A DNA stretch of 64,000 nt from an uncultured virus (IMG/VR IMGVR_UViG_3300036766_001530) (IMGVR_UViG_3300036766_001530); one strand, 5' to 3'. Shown: positions 44,806 through 55,060, counted from the stretch's first letter. The notes: a model not told the origin generated them from the letters alone. Translations and numbers: made by a program.

Positions 44806-47290
44806 GGCCCCTCCGTCGGGTGAGTCGCGGAGCGACGAACTCCGTCTCCGTTCTGCTCCGGATCACTCATGGCAGCTTCATGACCGGAATCCCAGTTGCC
44901 CGTGAGCCATGCTCGTGGCAGTAGAAACGCACGCGCGTGCTCTTGAACCTGACTCGGACCTTCGCGTTCTCCGGACAGTCATCGTCGTCGCAGCCGATCA
45001 TGTCGGCGGCGTCGTTCGGTTGGTTGAACCGAGAGACGCTTTCGTGCTCGGCGGCCGACTCGGCGAGCGCCAGCGCGAGCCGGCGCGCGACGATGTACTT
45101 GCCGAGCGCCGAGATCGTCATGGACTGGTTCTCCGTGTAGGCGCCGCTCAGCGTCCAGACCTTCTCCTCAAACTTGGCCGGCGACTCGAAGACCTCCACC
45201 CGGGACTGGAGGTTGTCGTCGATGGCAATTCGGATCTCACTGGTGATGGAAATGATCATGGTGAGTCGCGGAGCGGCGAACTCCGCTCCGGTCTGGTCCG
45301 GCCTCCGTATGACTTTTTCATCTTCTCTCCTTGAGTGAAAACCGGGCTACCTGCGCCTACCCGGGTGCGGCATCCCCTGCGCATAGGGTCTCGACGACGA
45401 ATCGTCGAACAGCCGGGTCATCGGGAGGCAGACCCTCCAGATGACCTGGGTGTTCCACGACCTTGAGCGCCGTCCGGTCTCTCAACGGTTCTCCGCGGTT
45501 CGGATCTGGGAGGCTGTCTCCCCATGGTGTGCTTCGATCGGAAGGATACCTCGCGTACTGCATGTAGTAGTTCCTGACCTCGTGCCCGCGGCCGGTGCGG
45601 CACCAGACCGGCTGACGGCAACCGCTGCCGTTCATCCACCCGATGAGGACGACGTCGCCCGACAGGAAGTGCTGGCTACGATGTCGAATGATGCCGAGGC
45701 CGCACCTGACGCCGAGCCCCTCACCCTTCTCCACGTCCGACCAGCCGTCGTGCTTGAACAGCTCGACCGTTCGGGTCCAGCGGCCGGTGGCCCCCAGTGG
45801 TCGACCCTTGCGTCGGATCTTGGCGGTGAGCCGCGAAGCGGCGAACTCCGTTCCGGTCCGGCTGAAAGCCCTCTGCTTGAGCCGCGTGATGCGCCTGAGC
45901 ATGGACGGCAGATCCGTCATCGTCCCTCCAAGTGCGAGCGCGACCTGGGTGATGACGTAACCGCCGTTCTTGTTCTCGCGGCGCAGGCGTTCGATCTCGC
46001 GGACGTCGAAGGACGCCTCCTTACCCCACCGATCGAGACTCAGGGGCGCCGGCTTCACCGAAGCGAAGGCTTGCAGTGCGGCGACGAAGTAGGCGTCGAC
46101 CTTGTCGGCGTGGCAGTGGACCTCCTGAAGCTTGAGCGCCGGCCCCCACGAGCCCGAGATGATCGCGTGGCCGGTGCCGTCGCGGTGCGCGAGCCGGAAG
46201 GCGCCGCCCTCCTCCAGCTCGACCGAGAGGGCCTCGCCCCGGAACGTGAAGTCGAGCTTCAGCATTCGGCAATCTCGGTGAGCGCGTGGAATGGGTTGAA
46301 CGTCTTTGTCGAGACGTGAAAGCGTCGACCCTTGCTGGGGGCGATCTTGCGACCATCCGGATCTACGACCTTCATCCTCTCCGGCAACGGAGCGAGGCGA
46401 GCATCGGCCTTGAGGATTCCGATCTCCCCCGGCTGGACTTCGAGCGTGGTGGCGTCGATGAGTTTCACGGTGGCGCAGGCCCATCCCCGATTCCAGGGCT
46501 GCACGAGATCCGACGCGCGCCGTTCGCGATCTGCTTCGTCTCGTCGAAGGAAGTGCATTCCATCACAGGGACTTCATGTGAGTTTTTCGTTCGGCCTTCC
46601 TGAGACGGGCCTCTTGTTCGGCCGCCGCCGAGCGTGTGTAGCGGTCGATGAAGTTGCACAGGTCCCAGGGCACCTTGCTGTCGAGAAAAATTGGAGTGAG
46701 AGCCTCGTCGATGCGCTTGAGCAGCGACAGGCCCTTCCTGGTGATGCCGCAATCGAAGGCAATCTGCTGGAGCCGCGTGCGAGTCATCACCATCTAGCCC
46801 TTGACGCGAGCCACGTTGGCCAAGATGGGAAAGTCGCCATCCTTCTTGATCTGGGAGGTCTCTTCCGGGCTGAGGCTGCGCAGAGCCACGTTCAGATCGA
46901 AAATCTCATTCGGTGCCACGACAATCTTTCCGATCTGGTCGATGTCCGGAGAGTGGCAGATGAGTCGAAGCCCGATCTTCTCCAACATCTCCTTGCGTCG
47001 TGGAGACGAGGACGCGAGGACGAGATCCGGCGCCGGCATCGTGACGATGCCGGCGCGCTCGGGCGGCGACTTCTCAACCAGCGCCGCCAGCTCGGCGTCT
47101 CGCGGGACTTCTTCATCCATCTCGGTCTGGTGAAGGCCCGCCCGGGCCCGAAGGTGCGATCCGATGGAAGGGTGCCCTTCCTCGGCTGCGTCTCGCAACA
47201 GCTTGTCCGTCTCCTCGTGCGAGTCCGGAACCTTCGGGAGGACGAACCCCTTGTTCCTCTCGACGAGGATGCCGTCGCAACGGATCTTCT

Positions 47291-48247
47291 CTACTGTCGA
47301 CACTCGATCCCTACAATCTTGGCAAGATCCTCGTGAGACTCCATCACGGCACTGATTGAAGCGTCGTCACGAGCCAGGCCCCATCGTGAATCACCAATGA
47401 CCACCATGGCATGTACCGGCCCGTGCTGTTCAATGAAGGCTCGAAACTTTGCCCTGAAGATTGCGTCTTTAGCATTGAATGGATTTTTGATCTCGATCCA
47501 AACACCGCCAACGCGAAAATCCGGGCGGTACGTCGTACGGACGCCTCCCGCAAGAATGTCGAACACGGCCGGTTCATAGCTGTACTCCACCCCGCGCAGA
47601 TGCAACCAGCGGGCGAAGATGTACTCGTAGTGGCTGCGAACATAGTGACCAATGTCCTTGCGAAAACCTCCGTTGCCGGATCCGGCACGAGGACTCAGAG
47701 TGATGGTACCCAAGCTAAATCCGGCTCGCCTTGACTTCGACACCTTCCTACGAGAACTCTCGCTCAAGCGTCGGCCGAGTGCTGCTTGCCGATGTTTTTC
47801 GATCGTTGTAATGGACTGCTTTCGACCGGTGGCTGAGAGACGCGATCTCTCGCGGAGTCTTTTCGCCAGGTCGGGAGGATAGATGTCTTCGAGAGTTTTG
47901 CCTTTGTTACTCTTGCTGCGCCGCAATATAGCAGCCACTTGTCGAACTCTCGACCTCGGCCTCTCCCGAAGAGTCTTCTGGATCGAGGCTACCCGAGCCC
48001 TACGAGTTTCTTGCGACTGAACATACGGAGGAGATGTCAACGAAAACCTGCGGATCAACCTTCTTATGGTCTTGATCGTAACGCCAACCTTTACCGCAAT
48101 CTCCTCCTTTGAAAAGGTCAACAGCAGAACACGCAACTGTTCCTTCGATACAACCGGCTCGACCGTCGAAGGCTTGTGCCAGGTTCTCCCGCGAGAAGGA
48201 ATCGAGCCGCACCCACACAGACACAAAGAAGCGTTAACCCTTGACAC
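47291..48247 (-). CDS. Free-standing homing endonuclease-like protein (NUMOD3-like repeats + PD-(D/E)XK domain)
   Basis: CLCGCG, basic repeats (LGRRLSESSRRKVSKS), VRSHYE...YSYEP...YRPDF...WIEIK; visibly lower GC; overlaps the rtcB stop. Confidence 0.75.
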   Translation of the reverse strand: MSRVNASLCLCGCGSIPSRGRTWHKPSTVEPVVSKEQLRVLLLTFSKEEIAVKVGVTIKTIRRLIRRFSLTSPPYVQSQETRRARVASIQKTLRERPRSRVRQVAAILRRSKSNKGKTLEDIYPPDLAKRLRERSRLSATGRKQSITTIEKHRQAALGRRLSESSRRKVSKSRRAGFSLGTITLSPRAGSGNGGFRKDIGHYVRSHYEYIFARWLHLRGVEYSYEPAVFDILAGGVRTTYRPDFRVGGVWIEIKNPFNAKDAIFRAKFRAFIEQHGPVHAMVVIGDSRWGLARDDASISAVMESHEDLAKIVGIECRQ

Positions 48248-49463
48248 AAATCACCTGTTTCAGAGTATGCAAAACCTCCACAAGGTCGTCCTGCGCGAGC
48301 ATGATCGAGTCGATGTCTTTGTAAGCTCCCGGTGTCTCGTCCAGAACCGAATCATCCTTCCGGCACTCAACCCCCTCGGTGGCCTTCACGTGATCTTCGA
48401 CCGTGAAGCGCCGCCGGGCTTCGCCTCGCGACATCCGGCGGCCAGCGCCGTGCGAGCAGCTCATGAAGCTCTCGGGGTTCCCCTTGCCTCGGACGATGTA
48501 GCTCTTCGTACCCATCGAGCCCGGGATGATGCCGAGGTCGCCCGTGCGGGCGCGCACCGCGCCCTTACGTGTCACGATCACGTTCTGACCAAAGTGGTGC
48601 TCACGCTCGACGTAGTTGTGATGACACTGAATCGCCTCCTCCTTGAGCGAGAACGGCGGCAGCCGCGTCTGCTTGAGCGAGCGCACGACGGAATCGAGCA
48701 TGATCTCTCGGTTCGTCTTCGCGAAGTTCTGCGCCCAGGAGACCGCCTCGACGTAGTCGTCGAAGTGCTCGGTGCCTTCCGGCAGGTAGGCGAGATCCGC
48801 GTCCGGCAGGTTGATGAAGAAGCGGCTCATGTCCTCCTTCGCCAGCTCGATGAAGTAGGAACCGATCTTGTTCCCGACCCCGCGCGAGCCCGAGTGCAGC
48901 ATGATCCACACGTCGTTCGCTTCGTCGAGGCACAGCTCGATGAAGTGATTGCCCGTGCCGAGCGTGCCGAGATGAGCGGTCGTCCGGGGTCCGTGCTTGC
49001 CGGCGAGCTTCGGGTGCTTGCCGATGATGCGGCCGAGCCCGCCTTGCAGGCCCATCCAGGCCACCTCGACCTCGGTCGGGACCTTGTCGCCCCAGGCCCC
49101 GCGATCGTTGTCACCGCCGTTGTCGGTACGGCCGTGTGGCACCGCCTTCTCGATCGAGTCCCGAACGTGCTTGAGATCGTCGGGCAGGTCACTAGCATTT
49201 AGCGATGTACGAACTGCTACCATCCCACACCCGATGTCAACTCCCACCGCGGCTGGGATGATGGCCCCGAGCGTTGGGACCACGGAGCCAACGGTGGCGC
49301 CGATTCCCAAATGCACGTCAGCCATGGCTGCCACGTGGTGGAAAATGAAGGGCAGACTCGCGATGTTCTTGAGCTGCTGCTGCGCCTGCTCCTCGAAGTG
49401 GACGCCGTCGACCCAGGCCTTGATGGGCACACCCTTGTCCGGATGGAGCACGGTGACGCTCAT
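48234..49463 (-). CDS. rtcB: RNA 3'-phosphate/5'-OH ligase RtcB
   Basis: MADVHLGIGATVG, GVDIGCGM, GTLGTGNHFIE, LHSGSRG, CHHNY, RKGA, PGSMG, SCSHGAGR, DETPGAYK. Confidence 0.97.
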   Translation of the reverse strand: MSVTVLHPDKGVPIKAWVDGVHFEEQAQQQLKNIASLPFIFHHVAAMADVHLGIGATVGSVVPTLGAIIPAAVGVDIGCGMVAVRTSLNASDLPDDLKHVRDSIEKAVPHGRTDNGGDNDRGAWGDKVPTEVEVAWMGLQGGLGRIIGKHPKLAGKHGPRTTAHLGTLGTGNHFIELCLDEANDVWIMLHSGSRGVGNKIGSYFIELAKEDMSRFFINLPDADLAYLPEGTEHFDDYVEAVSWAQNFAKTNREIMLDSVVRSLKQTRLPPFSLKEEAIQCHHNYVEREHHFGQNVIVTRKGAVRARTGDLGIIPGSMGTKSYIVRGKGNPESFMSCSHGAGRRMSRGEARRRFTVEDHVKATEGVECRKDDSVLDETPGAYKDIDSIMLAQDDLVEVLHTLKQVICVKG

Positions 49464-50392
49464 GTTGCCCTCGATACGATGAGTCTCACGATCTCTGCGA
49501 CCCTCATCGGCGGGAGCATGCTGCCAGACTTCCGCGGCGAGCCGCCGATGAGATCGCTACCTCCCCAGGACTCGCCCTCGGGCAGCGACGGCTCGGCTGC
49601 GTTGAGAGCATCGAAAATCTCGGACAGTGGGAACGGCACGAACGGCGACATCTTCCCAATCGAGTAGCGGAATCGATCAGTGGGAGCAACGGCGGCGAAC
49701 GAGACGAATGCTCGCAGGCCATCGGCGAAGAGCGCGCCGCGAGCGTCCGCGCCGATCTCCTTCACAACCCCCCAGAAGCCGTGCCGGGAGACGATCTCAT
49801 GACGCGAGTCGAGTTCGGCAACGTCGCCCTCGCCCACGGCGTACTCGCTGATCCTCCCCACGACCGAGTCGATGACGTTGCCCATCGCGGCCTCGTCCAT
49901 GTTGCCGACGTCGCCGCGCTTCGAGGTGAAGGGTCGGAAGATCCAGGCGAGCTGCCGCATGAGCAGCGAGTCCGGCAGGAATGGGTAGGAGCCTCCGGTC
50001 GCGTCGAGCACGTCGAGCGCGAAGACCAGGCGGCTGATGAGCGGCTCGCTCCGGACTCCTTCGATGCGCTCATGGTTGCGGAGGAGCCAGATCGCCAGAC
50101 ACACGTCCTGGTCGCAGTCGTTGACGTGAGTCTCGATCGGCTTGCCGAAGAACTGGAAGAAGCCCTGCTTGATGGCCATGAAGACCTGGGCAGCCGTCGA
50201 CCGGGTCGCGAGGCGGTCGACTTCCTCGTGGTGATTGAAGTTGATGGCCATGTTCTGGAAGAAGCGCGGGCCGCCGCGGACGTAGCCATCGAGCGCGACG
50301 ATCCCACCGCGGGCGGTCCTCGTCCTCTCCAGAAACTCGTTCCAGGACACGACCTCCCTCGGGTGAACCACGTACGACACGTCGCGACTCAT
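49460..50392 (-). CDS. Possible DHH-like phosphoesterase
   Basis: ALDG, NFNHH, NDCDQD, C-terminal WGG..LIGGSPR; coupled to rtcB. Confidence 0.45.
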   Translation of the reverse strand: MSRDVSYVVHPREVVSWNEFLERTRTARGGIVALDGYVRGGPRFFQNMAINFNHHEEVDRLATRSTAAQVFMAIKQGFFQFFGKPIETHVNDCDQDVCLAIWLLRNHERIEGVRSEPLISRLVFALDVLDATGGSYPFLPDSLLMRQLAWIFRPFTSKRGDVGNMDEAAMGNVIDSVVGRISEYAVGEGDVAELDSRHEIVSRHGFWGVVKEIGADARGALFADGLRAFVSFAAVAPTDRFRYSIGKMSPFVPFPLSEIFDALNAAEPSLPEGESWGGSDLIGGSPRKSGSMLPPMRVAEIVRLIVSRAT

Positions 50393-51599
50393 GGGTCAGT
50401 TCGACCCGTAAAAGGTGACTCTCGGATCTTGAAGCTCCTCCGCGAACTCGACGAGCTGGCTTGTCCACTTCTTGTAGTAGTCGAGCGTGTTGTGCCCCGC
50501 GAGGTGAAAGCACTCGCGCTTGAAGTGCTCCATCGGGATCGCGAGCCGCTCGTGTTCGTTCTCGCGGTGCCAGACTTCGCCGGCAATCGGCTCGGCGCCA
50601 CCGAAAGCCCAGGCCGGCGTCGCATCGCTCGGCATCTGATCGCGGTACGGCTCGACGAACTGTCGGTAGGCTCCGAAGTCGAAGAAGTAGTAGCCGCGTT
50701 CGAGCTTCTCGACCTCGGACGAGTACGCCTTGACGACGTCGAGGAAGAGCTGGCGATCGATCTGAGGAGCCTTGTCGTAGCACCAGCGGTTGATGACGAA
50801 CCAGAGCAGACTCGCTGGGTGGGCCGTCTTCGGATACTTCTCCTCTTCGCTCGCCACCTCGTCGTGAGCCTTAGCTCGCTCGACGAGCACGTCCAGGATC
50901 TTCGCAGGCAGCTTGGCGTTGTCTTCGATCCACTGGCAGAGCCCGTAGGGATTCCGCAGCCAGTTCATGCGGTGACTTTCGCCTTTGGCGGTTTCGAGAT
51001 GGATGTCGAGGCTCATGATGAAATCCAGGCTACCAGAAAAGTGATGCGATGTGATGGAAAAAGCATCACCCCTCCCTGGCCGGAGCCAGGGAGGGACCTT
51101 GGTCTGGCTCCTGCCCTACGCCGCCTTGAGCTTCGTCGCCAGAGCAACCGCCTGGCGCAAGCCGTTCTTCGCTCGCTCGACCTTGACCTTCTTCTTGTCG
51201 CCGGCCGAGAGCGAACGGAGATTCCCGATATAGCGCCCCTGAAGGACGTTCTGGGCATGCTGCTTCGCCGAGCGGAGCGTGGTGATCCTCGCCGCCGCCT
51301 TGTTGTGGCCGTTGCCCTTCGGAGCCTCGGGGCCGAAAGCCTGCCGCAAGGCAGCCTCCGCCATCCGACGAGCCTCCGACTGGATGGCCGTCTCGATCTC
51401 GATCGCGAACTTCTGGACGATCTCTGATCTGGTCTGTGTGGGGGACGTCTGCATGATGACTCTGACCTTTCTCCGCATAAGTGCGGTGAGGCCAGACTAC
51501 CATGGTGTGAACTAATAGCTACAGTGAGCCGCGAAGGTGAGCCGCGAAGCGGCGAGTGAGCCGCGGAGCGGCGAACTCCGCTCTGGTCCGGACTCCCGG

Positions 51600-52112
51600 C
51601 TAAGACCACTCGGCGACATCACCTGTTTCATTCCGCAAAGTGAGCCGATTCTCCCCAGCGACCTTCCTTGCAAAGGCCATCGCTTTCTCCCTCGAAGGTC
51701 GGCGCGCGATGACGGCGCCCGGCTCATCGCCAGTCGCCACGAACCAGGTCGTCACCGTCCGTCTCGGCTCGCGATGCGAGTAGACGAGCACCCGGTCGGC
51801 TCCGATCTTCGGATCGCGAGAGACCATCGCCGGCACGTGCGTGTACCCGAACTCGACCGAGACGTTGATCCGGTGGATGCCGTCAGAGATGACCCACTCG
51901 CCGTTCCGTTTCAGGTGGAGTCTCACGGGAGGCAGTGGCGTCCGGGCACGCATCGCCTCACGGAGCTGCACAGCTCGCGCTTCGTTCCAGATGCCGGGGG
52001 CTCGCACACCCACGATCGGAACCAGCTCGAACTTCGTCCCGGCCGGCGCGATGCGCTTCTCGGTCTCGACCGCCGACTTCGAGACCCGGTAGTGCAAGGA
52101 GCGAAGCTTCAC
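51600..52112 (-). CDS. ParB/Srx-like domain protein
   Basis: LPPVRL...WVISDGIHRI....GYTHVPA. Confidence 0.6.
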   Translation of the reverse strand: MKLRSLHYRVSKSAVETEKRIAPAGTKFELVPIVGVRAPGIWNEARAVQLREAMRARTPLPPVRLHLKRNGEWVISDGIHRINVSVEFGYTHVPAMVSRDPKIGADRVLVYSHREPRRTVTTWFVATGDEPGAVIARRPSREKAMAFARKVAGENRLTLRNETGDVAEWS

Positions 52113-52900
52113 GTCACACGGCTACCTTTTGCGGGACACGATGGTGTGTACCCAAATCGCCGGGGGCTTCGCGTCCTTCTGAATCGAGTAGTCGATCCGA
52201 TAAGCTCGCAACCACCGATCTTCAACGGACGCTATCGCAGCGTATCTGTCTTCCGCGACGAGGATGCGTGATGTCGGATTGCGAGCCACCGCCCGCATCT
52301 CGCTCTCGACCTTTTCTCGATGCGGGAGATTCCTGATGGCCCAGAGCTGCATCGTCGCCACGTGAGAAAGCGAGACGATGAACGGCGCGGACGGCAGAGG
52401 AAGACCTCAGCCTCGTCGTGAAGGAGACTTCTCAGCCGGCCCTCTGCGAAGTCCCACGTCATCAAGATTGTAGAGAGGTTCGAGACCGGCTCGCGCCCTC
52501 TTCACGAACTCGGCATGACGCGCGTCCTCTTCCCTCGTCGGAAGATCGCTGAGTCGGAGAGACGAAGATCGGGCCCCGGGAGAACCGTTCTGGCCAAGCT
52601 TCGTCAGCATAGACATGAACTGGAGGATACCACATTTTCCTGATCGCCGAGGCATTCACGCCGCCTGCTCAGCCTCGTCGACCATCACCCGCTTGTGGCA
52701 GTGCCCGAGCACGATCTCGATGACCCCTTCCCTGATCTTGTGCCGATGCTCCTTGTCGTTCGATGTCCAGCCGTCGCCGTAGCAGTCGACGATCGCGATG
52801 TGACCGTGATCTTCGGCGAGCGCAACCGGACCATCGACCGCCGCCGGGATCGGGCGCGAGAGCGAGTAGAGCGTCTTGCCAGTCTTCTGTCCGTAGATCG

Positions 52901-53614
52901 TCAAGGAGTCACCGTCTCTCCACGCTCGTAGAGCTGCCGGAGCATCTCAGCATCCTCCGGCTCCGTCGGCAAGCCGTACCGGCCATAGCGTTCGATCTTG
53001 GGTCCCTTGTGAGCCCACCTGTCGTCGCGCACGCGCACGAGGCGCGAGCCCTCGGCGATCTTCCGGACGACCCACTCCTTCGCCACCGGGCCGAGCCTGA
53101 CCGCCCACGCCCAGCCGAACTGGCCGTGACGACTCCGGAGCGAGCTGATGAGGATGAGGTACTCACGAGTCGAGGGCGTCTTCACATGGCTCTGATCGGA
53201 AGTCCTCGTGACGAAGCCCTCTCCCATGACCGCGTTGATACGAGCAGCCCCTTCGAGGAACCGATGACCATGACCCTCCGGCCGGATGCCGAGCTTGAGC
53301 AGGGCAAAGTCGCTCGCGGTCTGAGTCGTGTCGTTGCGGTGGTGAACCATCTCGTGGGCCACGACTCGTTCGAGCGTCCGATCGTCATCCAGGATGGCGC
53401 GCTGGATTTCGATCAGCGTTGTCTCGGGCTGCCACGGCCTCCAGATAGTACGGCCAAGCCAGCCGTACCCGAGGTGATCTCGGAGCGCGACCGCCGGCCG
53501 GGGTCCCGTGACGCCCAGGATGCCCATGTACTTGTCGATGTAGTGCAGGATGCGGGCGTCGATTGCACTGGCCTGGCGCATCGCTCGGTCAAAGGCCACG
53601 TCAAGGGAGCGCAT
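52901..53614 (-). CDS. SprT-like zinc metalloprotease
   Basis: VVAHEMVH ... GHGHRF...RIN. Confidence 0.8.
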   Translation of the reverse strand: MRSLDVAFDRAMRQASAIDARILHYIDKYMGILGVTGPRPAVALRDHLGYGWLGRTIWRPWQPETTLIEIQRAILDDDRTLERVVAHEMVHHRNDTTQTASDFALLKLGIRPEGHGHRFLEGAARINAVMGEGFVTRTSDQSHVKTPSTREYLILISSLRSRHGQFGWAWAVRLGPVAKEWVVRKIAEGSRLVRVRDDRWAHKGPKIERYGRYGLPTEPEDAEMLRQLYERGETVTP

Positions 53615-53723
53615 TCCACTCACCACTTGCTTGAGAATCTACCACCGTCTCGGTCCGGATCAGAACCTCAAGTGCAGTGAGCCGCGAAGCGGCGAACTCC
53701 GCTCCGCTCCGCCTCCGGTCCGA

Positions 53724-53945
53724 TCAGAATCTCAAGTGCAAGGTCAGAACCGTTCCCTCAGAGACGTCGGCATCGAGCGGCCTCCCCAGCTCCAGCGCCA
53801 CCCCTTCTCTCCGCAGCTCCACCCCCTCCGGCAACTCGCCATCATCCGGGCTCCGAAGCATGCGCCCGATGACGTCCCGTGGCGTATCGCCTGGATGAAG
53901 CTCCAGATCCACTTCAAGTCCCTCGTGAAGCACGGTAATTTTCAT
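53724..53945 (-). CDS. Small ubiquitin-like (beta-grasp) protein
   Basis: MKITV...DLELHPGDTPRDVI...ELRREGVALE...VSEGTVLTLHLRF follows ubiquitin/YukD spacing. Confidence 0.45.
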   Translation of the reverse strand: MKITVLHEGLEVDLELHPGDTPRDVIGRMLRSPDDGELPEGVELRREGVALELGRPLDADVSEGTVLTLHLRF

Positions 53946-53977
53946 CGTCCGCAATTCGATGGTAATCTGTCCCGGCC

Positions 53978-54553
53978 ATGAGCGAAAGCGTGAGTCGCGA
54001 AGCGACGAACTCCGGTCCGGAATCCGGGCTTCTTCCGACTAGACGCGGCTTCCTCGGTGGTCTCCTGGCTCTCGCCGCCGCCGTCGCCCTCCCGTTCAAG
54101 AAGATCGCCGAGCGGCCGATCGAGACCATCCGCCGCATCCGGACGTCCGACTACGTCCGCTCTGGACGTCAGTACGTGCTCGGCTTCGAGCACGTCGAGG
54201 TCGAGCCGGGCGAGACGATCGAGCTGACGGTGCGCCCCCACCTCAACTTCGCTCCCGATCGACTCATCGTTCCGAGCTACCTGGCCGAGAACTTCACGAT
54301 CCTGGACATCATCATCGATCGCGAAAAGCAGTTCACCTCGACAGCCGAAGTACCCGCTTGCATCTTCGCCGAAAACGGCTTCGTCCCTGTCCTCTTCATG
54401 CGCCCGTGCCCGGCCGGCAACCCGATCACCATCAAGGTCAGAAACATCAGCCGGCAGCCGGCGGCCTTCGTCGCCGCGATGGCGGGTGAGTGCCTTGAGC
54501 CCGCGAATCACGAGGGTCCGACCCGCCCCGGGATGACGCCGGCCTACGTGTGA
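53978..54553 (+). CDS. Tat-signal-bearing protein
   Basis: TRRGFLGGLLALAAAVA twin-arginine motif; repeat in frame at the N-terminus and a repeat-derived TGA stop. Confidence 0.6.
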   Translation: MSESVSREATNSGPESGLLPTRRGFLGGLLALAAAVALPFKKIAERPIETIRRIRTSDYVRSGRQYVLGFEHVEVEPGETIELTVRPHLNFAPDRLIVPSYLAENFTILDIIIDREKQFTSTAEVPACIFAENGFVPVLFMRPCPAGNPITIKVRNISRQPAAFVAAMAGECLEPANHEGPTRPGMTPAYV

Positions 54554-54662
54554 GCGTGAGCTGCGAAGCAGCGAACTCCGCTCCGGCTCCGGGCTTCTTC
54601 CGGCCTCTGAAACTTTTTCCTTGACAGCTTCGTAGCCGCGGTTCACCGTGAATATGCTTTCA

Positions 54663-54845
54663 ATGACTTCTCTCGTCATACGCGAACGGCAAGCCTGGCA
54701 AGGAGCGTATCGCTCCTCAGCCGGGCATTCGTGCGTCCGCGTAGATCGCACGAGCGCACTGGGTACATTGGTCTCCATGAGGAAAGACCTTCGACCCTTC
54801 GCCCTCATCGAGACCAAGCAGAACCCGCGGAGGGAGCCTTCGTAG
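54663..54845 (+). CDS. Putative leader peptide of the tRNA array
   Basis: 60-codon ORF rich in otherwise rare codons (ATA, AGG, CGA, CAA, TCA, GTA, ACA, TTG); stop lies inside an antiterminator arm; start could be 54654. Confidence 0.6.
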   Translation: MTSLVIRERQAWQGAYRSSAGHSCVRVDRTSALGTLVSMRKDLRPFALIETKQNPRREPS

Positions 54846-54878
54846 AGAACCCAGACCCAGATCAGGTTCTACGAAGGC
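54836..54878 (+). promoter_or_regulatory. Antiterminator hairpin
   Basis: GCCTTCGTAG(AG)AACC 54836-54851 pairs with GGTTCTACGAAGGC 54865-54878, overlapping the terminator 5' arm. Confidence 0.7.
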
Positions 54879-54900
54879 CGCCCGGGAGGGTGGCCTTTTT
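54874..54900 (+). terminator. Intrinsic terminator upstream of the tRNA array
   Basis: AAGGCCGCCC-GGGA-GGGTGGCCTT stem followed by a T tract. Confidence 0.8.
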
Positions 54901-54970
54901 GCGTTTCTGGACACGAGCACGAAAGGAGGTTCCGACAACATGGACGCCAGCGACTATCGCTCCCACCTTC

Positions 54971-55060
54971 CGGTGGGTGCATCCGAGCGGCAAAGGGGCG
55001 TGGCTGTAAACCACGCGGTCCTCGCGACCTTCGTGGGTTCGAGTCCCACCCCACCGACCA
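54971..55060 (+). tRNA. trnY: tRNA-Tyr(GTA)
   Basis: Cloverleaf, loop CT-GTA-AA, long variable arm, GTTCGAGTCC, CCA. Confidence 0.9.

Noticed and set aside
46794..47303. Maf-family pyrophosphatase
   Set aside because: Only the LVLASSSPRRKEML motif is recognisable; the rest of the Maf domain is not evident, so at most a fragment.
49781..51427. Long + strand ORFs antisense to genes (also 11709-13037, 13097-14281) and the 58338-60074 minus ORF
   Set aside because: Shadow frames expected in high-GC DNA; the opposite strand holds recognisable genes or tRNAs.
54621..54658. TTGACA...TATGCT promoter for the leader/tRNA operon
   Set aside because: The spacer is 26 nt, too long to pair these boxes; the promoter position is unresolved.
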